The notes under the pieces: model-generated
What the model was told of the DNA's origin: nothing
The model's database searches: none
Seen by the model: only the letters and a program-made list of their open reading frames with translations
Position numbers and translations under genes: made by a program
Shown here: piece after piece, positions 7,623-17,282 of the stretch
How positions within the stretch are numbered: position 1 is the first letter of the stretch
Layout: each line of letters opens with the position of its first letter
DNA from: an uncultured delta proteobacterium
Lineage (GTDB): Bacteria > Desulfobacterota > Binatia > UBA9968
Direction of reading: 5' to 3'
Length of the DNA: 64,000 nucleotides
Assembly: GCA_963737905.1 (NCBI GenBank)
Contig: CAVTUQ010000009.1
Location: forward strand, 1 to 64,000

Positions 7623-7667
7623 AGCCAACCCCGTGCCTAACGAACAATTCCTAAAATCAATTACTTA
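7623..7667 (-). promoter_or_regulatory. sigma54 promoter plus IHF site for the DUF883 gene
   Basis: AGGCAC-GGGGT-TGGCT (7623-7638); AATCAATTACTTA fits WATCAANNNNTTR. Confidence 0.55.
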
Positions 7668-8214
7668 CAACATCTTGCAATAGCAGGTGCCCCTGAAAAG
7701 GTACATAGAAAATCCAAAAGCCGGGATACTCGGCGGATAGGGCTACATGAGCATCCCGGCTTTAAGTTGGCCGACCCCGCGTCATTACGGGATCGAGTCG
7801 GCTAGCCTACCCCGAGAGTCCGCAATGCGCATGCCAGGCACAAACGTTAGAAATTTAAGAGAGCAACCCCTTTCGCAGTGTTTGAATAAGCGGACACCTG
7901 AGAGGGATTTGTTAGAGAAATTCACTCACCGAAATTCCTTCACCGGCTCAGGAGGTGGGGACGCGAAGCCCGTGGGCAAAGTTCAGCCAGTGGTCCAGGG
8001 TTCTGATGATGTGATGGAAGCTGTAATGGGACAAATGAAAGCCTGCGGCATCGAGTTTGAGGTACTGTGTGAAACGGAAATGATTCACTAATCATCCCTT
8101 ACTCCCGTTCAATCGTGGAACAGGCGCGGCAGGGTGCGCAAGAAATTTGCGCGCACTGCTGCGGCCTCTCAGAGATTCACTGACGTTCGGGGATAGTAGT
8201 AACTTCTCTTGTAG

Positions 8215-8246
8215 AGAAAACCCCCCACCCAGCTGTGGGGTTTTCT
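8215..8246. terminator. Bidirectional terminator-like hairpin
   Basis: AGAAAACCCC...GGGGTTTTCT. Confidence 0.55.
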
Positions 8247-8368
8247 TAATCCGAAACAGCCACGACGTAAGCACGATACTGCGAGCGAGTGACGGCGCTT
8301 TTCGATAGCCGGCGCGAGCTTGCGCGGTTGCATCAGAGCCGTCAACGCGCAAAGCGGTGGTTAGACGG

Positions 8369-9953
8369 TCACTCTCGGAAAGGGTCGCTAAGTCTAGGAC
8401 ATATTTTGCGCGACGAATCTTGTCGAGTTCCACCCGTTTCCAGAAGCGAGATCATCTCAAGCTCGCGTCGTCGCTGCTCCCCAGTGTACTGACTAATGTC
8501 GAGCATGTAAGCGTTGTAGAGCTTACCTGGAGCTGATTTCAAGGGCGGTAGTGCTGCGATGCGACGACATGAACGAAACGGAGGTCGATGGAGTACCCTA
8601 AGCAACTGCTTGACTTGGGACAAGCGTCTCGTCGACCAGGAAGCAGTTTACGCTGTTCTCTATGCAGAAATCCTGAATTACCTTAAGAGCACCCTCAAGC
8701 TGAGCCCGCTCTTCCAGAGTGTCTCGCTTCAATTCATCCCGTTTGGCGCTGTCATGCTCCCCAGCGGCGACGTTAACGTCCTCGGCGTTGACCCGTTCAC
8801 CGCGGTACGTCTCGCCGCGCTCACGAGCGATGTCGATGGCTTTGCGAAAGATCGTCAAAAAATCGCGAGCGACCCCACCGCTCGCAAGGACAAGCCTTTC
8901 GATGCCTCCAACAGCGAGCAGCTGATCATGGTCCCGTAAGCCAGCTTCTTGTACTAGTTGATCGAGAATCTGCAGCAAGAATCGCTTGGCGATCTCGTAC
9001 TTCTCCAATGTAATGCTCGCAGGTCAATATCATCACAGTCGTCGCCCAGTTTTAGACCGACGGGCGGGTCTCCATGGTGGTACCAATCAGTGCGATGGCG
9101 AATCGTGCCGACCTTTAGCCAGACCGAGCGGTCTACGATACGATACAATAGTCGAGTACATTCGCCTGATCTTGTCGGGCGATGTGATAAAGATCATCCA
9201 GAAAAATATAGGCATCCGAGCCCGACAGTTCGACGATCTTTTCGAATAGCTTCTGGAAATCGATGATCCGGCGGTGGAGGACGTTGATCTTGTTCCTGCG
9301 AGACGCTTCGTTTGCGCTCTCGTCTCCACGGAGGCAGCACTCTTGTCAGTCACCGAGGTTCCCAGGCCGACCCCTCTCACCGACAGAAGAGCCTTTGGCC
9401 CCGAGACTCTGCTCCGAAGTGACAGTGCCAGCGATGTTGGTCTGGGATGTGAGTTGTGCGTCGTCCTCGGAGTGTAGAAGCTCGGTAAGCACTTTGATCT
9501 GTTGCTGCAGATCACTGCGAACATCGGCAACCTTTTTCTTGTCCAAGGGCGGTCGGTCGGGTATTCCGCCCCAAGATCACCCCAAAACGATGTCTTCGAT
9601 GCAGGATTGATACCCGCGGAATCGAGCCATCGGTCGAAGGCGGCTAGCGTTTCAATTAGCACGCTGAGTAGGACATCAGGGTAGGTATGTCCCTTGAATG
9701 CCTCAGATCGATGAAGGAAGATGAATCCGCTTCAGCGTAAGGTCGGCCCCGCTCCGATGAAAGAGGTCTTTCCCGAGCCACGTCTGCCAAAGACCAAGTG
9801 GTGCCGGCGCGACTTGGCACGATCGAGAGTTCCGCGGGCCGGCTCGATGAACCGACGCGGCGAATCCGATGTAGCACGTGTGGCCTCCTCGACAAGAGTC
9901 ACAAGTTTGTCGACTTCCGGTGAAGTAAGGAGTGGGTTGGGTTTCTCCGTCAC
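8369..9953 (-). pseudogene. Large P-loop NTPase (ORC/CDC6- or STAND-like), multiply frameshifted
   Basis: Walker A GRRGSGKTS, Walker B YIFLDD (about 9190-9210), ASGGVARDFL helix motif; split across at least 6 ORF pieces. Confidence 0.7.
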
Positions 9954-10149
9954 CTATCCTCCCACTGCGGTCATTAGATCAGTGTATTGGTTCCCGTTGC
10001 TAGTTCTCAAACATCAGAAATATCGCCTACCTAGTGAGAACTTGTCAAGTACTTTGATTCATTCTGCACCGCCAATCCGGCCATGTATGAGGATAATCAG
10101 CTAGCAGGCGTGGAGATTTGTTCACTTGTTATATAGGTCAAAGTAGCGC

Positions 10150-10183
10150 TTGACATACTGTGATATACGATGCTATATACAGT
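10150..10183 (+). promoter_or_regulatory. sigma70 promoter with overlapping inverted repeat (likely autoregulatory operator)
   Basis: TTGACA-18-(TGc)TATATA; ACTGTGATATA...TATATACAGT. Confidence 0.6.
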
Positions 10184-10201
10184 CTACACAAAGGAGGCGC
10201 T

Positions 10202-10468
10202 ATGGAACAACAAGAACGTAGCGAAGTGATCATGGTTAGATTGTCGCCGGAGGACAAGAGGCATATTGAGGCGGTGGCTGAGGAGCTTGATATGAAGGTG
10301 AGCGAGTTTGTCAGGGCTGCTACCTTGCTTTATTTGGCCATCACCGTCAATCCGCACGGCCTTAAGATGGTTGCGAAAGGGGCCGCTGCCAGCATACGGG
10401 AAGCGATGGAGAAATTGCGGGAACCGGGGTTAAGAAAAGTTGTTTCGGGGTGGAAAAAGGGTAACTGA
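10202..10468 (+). CDS. Ribbon-helix-helix (MobC/DUF1778-like) regulator
   Basis: RSEVIMVRLSPEDKRHIEAVAEELDMKVSEFVRAA; AAGGAGG RBS. Confidence 0.75.
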   Translation: MEQQERSEVIMVRLSPEDKRHIEAVAEELDMKVSEFVRAATLLYLAITVNPHGLKMVAKGAAASIREAMEKLREPGLRKVVSGWKKGN

Positions 10469-10479
10469 CGGGTGGAGGG

Positions 10480-10768
10480 ATGGTTGTGGCGATGAATGTT
10501 GCGGTCAATGTGTCCCGTATCCGCCAGGCGATGGAAGCCAAACAGCTTAAGGTCGTTGACGCCTGCTGCGGTCTGTGGTGTTAATAATAAGACGCTGGCA
10601 AAGATTCTGCGGGGAGAATTGCCGCGCCGTGTTGATGCCTTTTACCGAGTCTTGAATGGTTTACAAATTCCCTTTCAGGAGGCCGTAATTGCCCCCACAC
10701 ATAAAGCAACGCAAGGATCGCGGCTCTACGTACTACCTGGTAGACGGCGATCTGATCAAATCGCTTAA
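10480..10768 (+). pseudogene. XRE-type HTH protein (possible excisionase/regulator), frameshift at about 10563
   Basis: RIRQAMEAKQLKVVDA/AAVCGVNNKTLAKILRGE; overlaps the integrase start. Confidence 0.6.
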
Positions 10769-11799
10769 GACAAGAAAAAGGGGCTCGCGCAGCATCTGTC
10801 TTGAGCAGTACATCAAGGGGAAGTATGGGCTACAATCCGATGCCTACAGTGAAAGAATATTTATGATCAATGGATCGAAAAGAAGATCGAGCCGCTTGTT
10901 TCGTCGCGCGCTGATTCGGGACTATAAGCAGCATTTCCGAACCCATATCCTGCCCAAATTTTAAGCATATGCGTTTATCGGCTATCGGGACGGGTGAATT
11001 GACGGATTTCAGAGTCCATTTACTGGGCCATGGTCTGAGCGTGAAAAGTGCCAGAAACATCATTGACGGCTCCTTTAGGGCGCTTTTATCGGGATGCAAG
11101 GGCTGAGTTTGACGAATTGAAAGGAAGGGACCCGTTTATCGATCTTCGATGGCAAGCTACACCGAGGGCAAAGCCGGACCCGTTCACGGCGGAAGAGCGG
11201 GACAAGATTGTTGAGCATTGGAAGGCGACCGACTTTTTTTACTTTCCTTGGGTCTTTATCTTGTTCCATACGGGAATGCGACCGTCTGAGGCGTCGGCGC
11301 TTACCTGGGCCGATGTGGATTTGGAGCGTCGGACGATATCAATCAGCAAGTCCAGATACATGGGGACCGAGTCGGCACCTAAAACATCTGGTAGCAAGCG
11401 AACAATTCGATGTCGGGGAGCGAGTGGCGGACGTGTTGAAGATTCTACCGTCGCGGGCGCTTGGGCTTAGCTATGTCTTTGTAAACAAGCTCGGGGAGCC
11501 AATGGATGCGAAGAAGTGGGGTGAGCACAATTGGAGGGCGCCGTTAAAAACTCTCGGGATCAGGCATCGAAAATTTTATGCTACTCGGCACACGTTCATA
11601 ACCGAGGCTATCAAATGCGGTCAAAAACCTGTTGGCGGTGGCTCAATACTGCGGAACGTCGTTGGCGATGATTGAAGCGGACTATTGCGGGGTGTTGGGC
11701 CTGCGGCTCGATCAAACCGTTTTCGAACCGCAAGCCTATAACCCCTTGAAAGATTTGGTTGCGGGGCCGGGATTTGAACCCGGGACCTCAAGGTTATGA
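10689..11799 (+). pseudogene. int: Tyrosine integrase, several frameshifts; C-terminus overlaps the tRNA antisense
   Basis: HTGMRPSE, PKT, YATRHTF, catalytic Tyr in MIEADY; last frame ends ..LVAGPGFEPGTSRL* at 11797-11799. Confidence 0.85.
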
Positions 11800-11832
11800 G
11801 CCTTGCGAGCTACCAGACTGCTCCACCCCGCG
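11756..11832 (-). tRNA. tRNA-fMet (CAT), CCA encoded
   Basis: CGCGGGGTGGAGCAGTCTGGTAGCTCGCAAGGCTCATAACCTTGAGGTCCCGGGTTCAAATCCCGGCCCCGCAACCA; C1:A72 mismatch; TTGACT-17-TACAAA promoter upstream. Confidence 0.97.
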
Positions 11833-11893
11833 GCAAGAGTTTGAATCTTTTTTGTACCTTGCGCTTTGCCAGGAGTCAAGGTAGGGAAGACCG

Positions 11894-12319
11894 ATGAGTA
11901 AGAATCATCGTAACCCTTTACCCACGGTTGATATCATTATCGAGCTTGCCGCAGGCGGGGTGGTGCTCATCGAGAGAAAAAATATTCCCCATGGCTGGGC
12001 TCTGCCCGGAGGTTTTGTCGATTATGGAGAAAGTTTAGAAGCCGCTGCCGTTCGTGAAGCCAAAGAGGAGACCTCCCTTGAGGTTCAACTGATCGAGCAG
12101 TTTTACACTTACTCGGATCCAAGTCGAGACCCGCGACACCACACGATATCCACGGTCTATATCGCCATAGCGCAGGGAATCCCCCAAGGAGCGGACGACG
12201 CCAAGACAGCAAAAATCTTCCTAGAGAATCAGCTTCCAAACCCCATTGTTTTTGACCACCCGCGAATCTTGAGCGACTATTTTGTTTATAAGGCGACGGG
12301 TCGGCGTCCGAAGCCCTGA
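11894..12319 (+). CDS. NUDIX hydrolase
   Basis: Nudix box [24 protein letters not shown]. Confidence 0.95.
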   Translation: MSKNHRNPLPTVDIIIELAAGGVVLIERKNIPHGWALPGGFVDYGESLEAAAVREAKEETSLEVQLIEQFYTYSDPSRDPRHHTISTVYIAIAQGIPQGADDAKTAKIFLENQLPNPIVFDHPRILSDYFVYKATGRRPKP

Positions 12320-12344
12320 TCCGGGCGTGAATATCCAGCTTTAT

Positions 12345-13542
12345 TTATTGTAGCTTGCCGACGGCTGCGGCGATCCGCTTGCAGCCCTTTTCTATGTCTT
12401 CGAGAGCCGTGGCGTAGGAGAATCGGATATGCTCCTTGGAACCAAAGTCCTCGCCTGGGACGACAGCGACTTTAGCTTCTTCGAGGAGGTAATCGGCAAG
12501 GTCGCAGGGAGAAGCCAATTTTTTGCCGTCGGCCGTTCGACCCAACAAAGCACTGACGTTTGGAAAAACGTAGAATGCCCCTTGGGGTTTGAAACAGCGC
12601 ACGCCTTCGATCGCGTTGAGTCTATCGACAATGACATCGCGACGCCTATGAAACTCCTGGACCATCGGCATGACGTCAGTCTTGCGGCCCCTTGATAGCC
12701 TCTAACGCCGCTGCTTGAGCAATCGAAGTCGCGTTTGATGTGCTTTGACTCTGAATCTTGGCGGCGGCGGAAATGATATCGGCCGGGCCTATTGCATAAC
12801 CGATGCGCCAACCCGTCATTGCGTAAGTTTTTGAAACGCCGTTGACGATAACTGTGCGGTCACGCAACCCCGGGCTCAGAGCGACGATATTATGCACCTG
12901 GAAGTTGTCATAGACGATCTTCTCATAGATGTCGTCGGCGATAGCCAAGCAGCTATGCTGCTCGAGAACACGGGCAATAGCCCGGAGCTCATCGGCGGCA
13001 TAACTGGCACCGGTGGGGTTACAGGGGCTGTTGAGGACGAAGACTTTCGTTTGAGGCGTCAGCTCGGCCCTGAGCTGTTCGGCAGTGATACGAAAACCGG
13101 TCGACTCGTTGGTTTGAATGATTTTTGGGACGCCCCCCGCCAGCAGCGCCATATCCGAGTAGCTCACCCAGTAGGGTGCCGGAATGAGGATCTCATCTCC
13201 GGGATTGATGACTGCTTGAAAGAGGTTATAGAGGGAATGTTTTGCCCCGCAGCTGACCAAAACATCTTCTTTCCGATACGCCAATCCATATTCTTGCTCA
13301 TATTTGCGAACGATGGCTGCGCGCAATGGCTCGATACCCTTCACGTCCGTGTACTTCGTCATGCCTTTGCGCAGAGCCTCCACTGCCGCTGCTTTGATGT
13401 GCTCCGGGGTGTCAAAATCGGGCTCACCGGCAGAGAAATTAACCACATCAATTCCCTCCGACCGGAGTTTGCCTGCTTTGGCCGCGATGGCAAGAGTCAC
13501 CGAGGGCTTAATCAGTTTGGTTCTTTCCGCAAGCTTTGTCAT
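12345..13542 (-). CDS. aspC: Aspartate aminotransferase (class I PLP); 1-nt frameshift at about 12677
   Basis: AGEPDF, NSPCNPTG, DDIY, SKTYAMTGWRIG; the C-terminal part is in ORF 12345-12671. Confidence 0.9.
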
Positions 13543-13552
13543 ATGGGTATCT

Positions 13553-14047
13553 CTATTGTTTGAACTTCTTCACCAGTTTCGTGAGCACATTGCCGGGGAC
13601 GAGCCCAGAGACGTTTCCGCCCAAGCCCACGACTTCCTTCACCAGACGCGAGCTGATGTAAAACTCGGACTCACCGGTCATCATGAAGAAGGTCTCCAAT
13701 TTCGGTTTAAGGCGGTGGTTCATCATCGCCATCTGAAATTCATATTCAAAATCCGATACGGCCCGGAGGCCGCGGATAATGACCCTTGCGCGTTTGCGCT
13801 CTGCATAGTCAACCAGCAACCCTTCGAAGGAATCCGTTTGAACCCGTCGTTTGAGCCCCCTGAAGACTTCGCGTACCATCTGGAGACGCTCTTCCAGGCT
13901 GAAAAGAGAAGAGTCTTTGCCTGGATTCGTGGCGATGGCGATAATAACCCTGTCAAAGACGCGAAGCGTGCGTTTGACGAGGTCTACGTGTCCGTTGGTT
14001 ATGGGATCGAACGAGCCTGGATAAATCGCCACGTTGTTCTGCGCCAT
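13553..14047 (-). CDS. coaD: Phosphopantetheine adenylyltransferase
   Basis: YPGSFDPITNGH, RGLRAVSDFEYE, ISS motifs. Confidence 0.97.
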   Translation of the reverse strand: MAQNNVAIYPGSFDPITNGHVDLVKRTLRVFDRVIIAIATNPGKDSSLFSLEERLQMVREVFRGLKRRVQTDSFEGLLVDYAERKRARVIIRGLRAVSDFEYEFQMAMMNHRLKPKLETFFMMTGESEFYISSRLVKEVVGLGGNVSGLVPGNVLTKLVKKFKQ

Positions 14048-14075
14048 ATCGGGATCCTTGTCTTCGTAATTTGTT

Positions 14076-14630
14076 TTAGACTTCCTGTTTAAAAAAAGAA
14101 AGCAACGTGCTGCCGTAACGCCGCTGGTCCTGGAGCACGAGCGCGGCGTAGCGGGGTTCGACCTTCTCGCGGATGCTGTGCTCTGCGATCAACACTCCTG
14201 ATTCTCGTAATAATCCTTCCTGGGCGATGATCTTCAGTGTCCTGGCAATCCACTGCTTATCATACGGCGGATCGAGAAATATGAGATCGAATGTCTCGTC
14301 CCGCCGCGCCAAAAGCCTCAGGGATCGAGCGACCGGCGTGATCCATACCTGGGTCCGGTCGCCAAGATGGAGGCGTCGAAGGTTTTCCCGGATTGCTTTG
14401 CCGGATTCCACCGAGGAGTCCACCAAGATCGCTGCGGCCGCGCCACGACTCAAAGCCTCGATGGTCACATTTCCCGTTCCGGCAAAAAGGTCCAAAACTT
14501 TAGTGCCGGAAAGATCATGGGGGAGAATATTAAAGAGCGCCTCTTTGACTCTCGCCCCCGTAGGACGCAAAGTCTGCCCTCTGGGCACCTTGAGACGCCG
14601 GCCGCGTGCATTTCCTCCAATAACTCGCAT
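14076..14630 (-). CDS. rsmD: 16S rRNA m2G966 methyltransferase
   Basis: MRVIGG..RPT, LDLFAGTG, FLDPPY; adjacent to coaD. Confidence 0.95.
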   Translation of the reverse strand: MRVIGGNARGRRLKVPRGQTLRPTGARVKEALFNILPHDLSGTKVLDLFAGTGNVTIEALSRGAAAAILVDSSVESGKAIRENLRRLHLGDRTQVWITPVARSLRLLARRDETFDLIFLDPPYDKQWIARTLKIIAQEGLLRESGVLIAEHSIREKVEPRYAALVLQDQRRYGSTLLSFFKQEV

Positions 14631-14674
14631 GATCTTCCAATCATTCCTGGTTCATTCCGTTCTCTACCAGGTCG

Positions 14675-15712
14675 TTACTCATCCACGGATAAGACGATCT
14701 TGCCGAATTGCTCGCCATCTTCCAAGCGCCGGTGCGCGACACTGGCTTCTTTCAGTGGAAGAACTTGATCGATCACGGGTTTGATTTGCGATCCTTCCAT
14801 GAAATTCAACAATTGCTTGAATTCCCCACGGCTCCCGAGCGTCGATCCGAAAACTTTAAGGTGATTCCAAAAAATCCGCCTGATATCAGTCTGGGGACTG
14901 GTCCCGGCCACGGCGCCGGAGCTGACCAAACGCCCGCCCTTGGCTAGAGAAGCAAGGCTTCTCGCCCAACCATCGCCGCCAACACAATCCACTACGACAT
15001 CGACGCCTCGTTTGCCGGTAATCCGTCTTACCTCTCCGGAGAAATCTGCGTTGCGATCATTGATGCCATATTCTGCGCCCAATGTCTTGGCTGTCGCCAG
15101 TTTCTCGTCGCTGTTCGATGTGACGATGATGTGCGTCCCCATGCGGGCCGCCACTTGCAGCGCCGCTGTTGCAACACCGCCCCCGATGCCGATAATCAAC
15201 AGATGTTCGCCGGGTTTGAGTTCGGCGTTGGTGACGAGCATTCGCCAAGCGGTCAAATACACTAAAGGGAATGCGGCAGCCTCGTCAAATGAAAACTTGG
15301 CTGGAATCGGGAAACAATTTCGCGCGGGCAATCGGACATACTCAGCGTATGTGCCGTTCTCGTGTTCGCCGAGGATGCGCAGCCGGATACACAACAACTC
15401 GCGGTCGGTGATGCAAAATTCACATCGGCCACAGCCGGTGGCTGGATAAAGACAAACAGCCTCTCCCTCCGTGATGTGTTTCACGGATTCGCCGGTTTCC
15501 TTCACAATTCCGGCGCCATCGCTGCCAAGGATGTGCGGCAAGGTTACTTCCATGCCGCTCAGGCCTCGCCGGATACAGAGGTCGCGATGGTTAAGAGCGG
15601 CAGATTTGAGCTCGACGATCGCATCGGTTGGCACCGTGAGGCGTGGCTCGGGAGCCTCTTCGTAGAGAAGTTTTTCGACGCCACCGTGCTCGTGAATTCG
15701 CACCGCTCTCAA
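14675..15712 (-). CDS. Zinc-binding alcohol dehydrogenase/quinone oxidoreductase (MDR family)
   Basis: LPHILGSDGAG, CGRCEFC, GIGGGVA, FGKIVL. Confidence 0.9.
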   Translation of the reverse strand: MRAVRIHEHGGVEKLLYEEAPEPRLTVPTDAIVELKSAALNHRDLCIRRGLSGMEVTLPHILGSDGAGIVKETGESVKHITEGEAVCLYPATGCGRCEFCITDRELLCIRLRILGEHENGTYAEYVRLPARNCFPIPAKFSFDEAAAFPLVYLTAWRMLVTNAELKPGEHLLIIGIGGGVATAALQVAARMGTHIIVTSNSDEKLATAKTLGAEYGINDRNADFSGEVRRITGKRGVDVVVDCVGGDGWARSLASLAKGGRLVSSGAVAGTSPQTDIRRIFWNHLKVFGSTLGSRGEFKQLLNFMEGSQIKPVIDQVLPLKEASVAHRRLEDGEQFGKIVLSVDE

Positions 15713-15849
15713 TCAAATCTCCTGGCAAGAAATAGTAGTTTCGTTAGCAGGATGCAGCGGGAGTGTCAAAGGGCGGCGGACGCTGGCCGCGACCGGAAAA
15801 AAATCGTCAATGAAAGTGTCGGCGAACCACTGAAGGGTGGTCTATAGCA

Positions 15850-16224
15850 TTACGCGGAAAATGAAGTGCCGCAACCGCAAGTTCCGCTCGCGTTGGGATT
15901 GGTGAATTTGAAGCCACCGCCATAAAGACTCACTACGTAGTCGATGGTCGTACCCTTGAGATGCGCCACGCTCTTGGGATCTACGTAGACCTTGAGGTTG
16001 TCCAGTTCCAACACAAGGTCGCCGGGCTCCTCATTCTTTGCGAAATCCAACTTATAGGAGAAACCCGAACAGCCCCCGTCTGCCACCGACACCCGTAACC
16101 CATCGTCTTTGCGGTTGCCGCGAGCCAGGAGAGCTTTGACTTGTTGAATGGCCTTCTCGGTCAATGTCAAATTGAGGGCTTCCGTTTCGACCGCTTGGTG
16201 GTTCTGTTCGCTAGTCATGAACAA
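15850..16224 (-). CDS. A-type Fe-S cluster carrier (IscA/ErpA/HesB)
   Basis: GGCSGFSY, NPNA, CGCGTSF. Confidence 0.95.
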   Translation of the reverse strand: MFMTSEQNHQAVETEALNLTLTEKAIQQVKALLARGNRKDDGLRVSVADGGCSGFSYKLDFAKNEEPGDLVLELDNLKVYVDPKSVAHLKGTTIDYVVSLYGGGFKFTNPNASGTCGCGTSFSA

Positions 16225-16290
16225 TTCTCACACTACCCACAAGGTAATGCGGGCGTCCAGCCAAGTCAAGGGAACAGGCAAACGACTGCG

Positions 16291-17217
16291 TTACTTCTCG
16301 AAGAGGGCCTGGACGAATTGGGGGGCGTCGAACGGTTGAAGGTCCTCCACTTCTTCTCCGACGCCGACGTACCTGACGGGAACGCCCAGCTCTTCTTGAA
16401 TGCTCACGATGACGCCACCCTTCGCTGTGCCGTCGAGTTTGGTCAGTACAATACCGCTAATATCCGTCGCTTCTTTGAAAACACGGGCTTGCTGGAGACC
16501 GTTCTGCCCCGTCGTTGCATCCAGCACCAGAAGGGTTTCATGGGGCGCGTCCGGTTGTTCTCGGGAAATAACCCGCCGGATCTTTTTCAATTCCTCGATT
16601 AGATGGACTTTCGTATGAAGTCGTCCCGCGGTGTCGATGAGCAGGACATCGATACCACGACTCTTGGCTGCTTGCATGCCGTCATAAACCACTGCGGAGG
16701 GATCGGCGCCGGCCCGATGTTTGACCACGTCGACACCGACCCGTTGTGCCCACGCCTCGAGTTGCTCGATGGCGGCCGCGCGAAAGGTGTCCGCGGCCAC
16801 CAGGAGGACTTTCTTTCCGGCTGATCGATATTGGGCGGCGAGCTTGGCGATCGTCGTCGTCTTCCCGACGCCGTTCACGCCCAAAAAAATGATCACCCAG
16901 GGGCGGACCGAAAGCGGAAGCGTTTTCGGAGGCGTTGTCGATGTCTGAAGCAGCTCCACCATCGCCCGTTGTAAGCGCAAAGACATTTCCTCCGCGAGAT
17001 CCTCCGCCCCGCCCGGCGATTGCCCCCTTAAGAGGTCCATCAATTTGTGGGTCGCCTTGGGGCCCAGGTCCGCCGCGATCAGATTCTCCTCCATGGCGTC
17101 CAGCGATTCCTCGTCCCAGCGCTGGTTTTGGAAAATGGTGCCGAGTTTTTGCGCCCAGTTCTCCCGGCTCTTGGTCAGGCCGCTTTTCAGCCGTTGAAAA
17201 AACGAACTACCTTCCAT
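16291..17217 (-). CDS. ftsY: Signal recognition particle receptor
   Basis: GVNGVGKTTT, DTFRAAA, DTAGR, TKLDGTAKGG. Confidence 0.97.
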   Translation of the reverse strand: MEGSSFFQRLKSGLTKSRENWAQKLGTIFQNQRWDEESLDAMEENLIAADLGPKATHKLMDLLRGQSPGGAEDLAEEMSLRLQRAMVELLQTSTTPPKTLPLSVRPWVIIFLGVNGVGKTTTIAKLAAQYRSAGKKVLLVAADTFRAAAIEQLEAWAQRVGVDVVKHRAGADPSAVVYDGMQAAKSRGIDVLLIDTAGRLHTKVHLIEELKKIRRVISREQPDAPHETLLVLDATTGQNGLQQARVFKEATDISGIVLTKLDGTAKGGVIVSIQEELGVPVRYVGVGEEVEDLQPFDAPQFVQALFEK

Positions 17218-17282
17218 TTAACTAGTGTGACAAATTTTTGGGTCGTGGGCGATGGGGTGGGACAGCGGTCGCTCGGAAAGAG

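Larger units (their letters stand above)
1..11799. mobile_element. tRNA-Met-integrated genomic island or prophage remnant (left end not found in window)
   Basis: Integrase abutting the tRNA 3' end, phage-type small genes and an ori remnant, then an abrupt switch to core genes. Confidence 0.7.

Noticed and set aside
1-11755. Second att site (tRNA 3' duplicate)
   Set aside because: No copy of TGGTTGCGGGGCCGGGATTTGAACC was seen by eye, only 9-bp GGGGCCGGG matches. The left end is probably outside the window.
12670-12685. Programmed frameshift in aspC (and in mdtA at about 42415)
   Set aside because: No slippery heptamer or stimulator; single extra bases are better explained by sequencing error or mutation.
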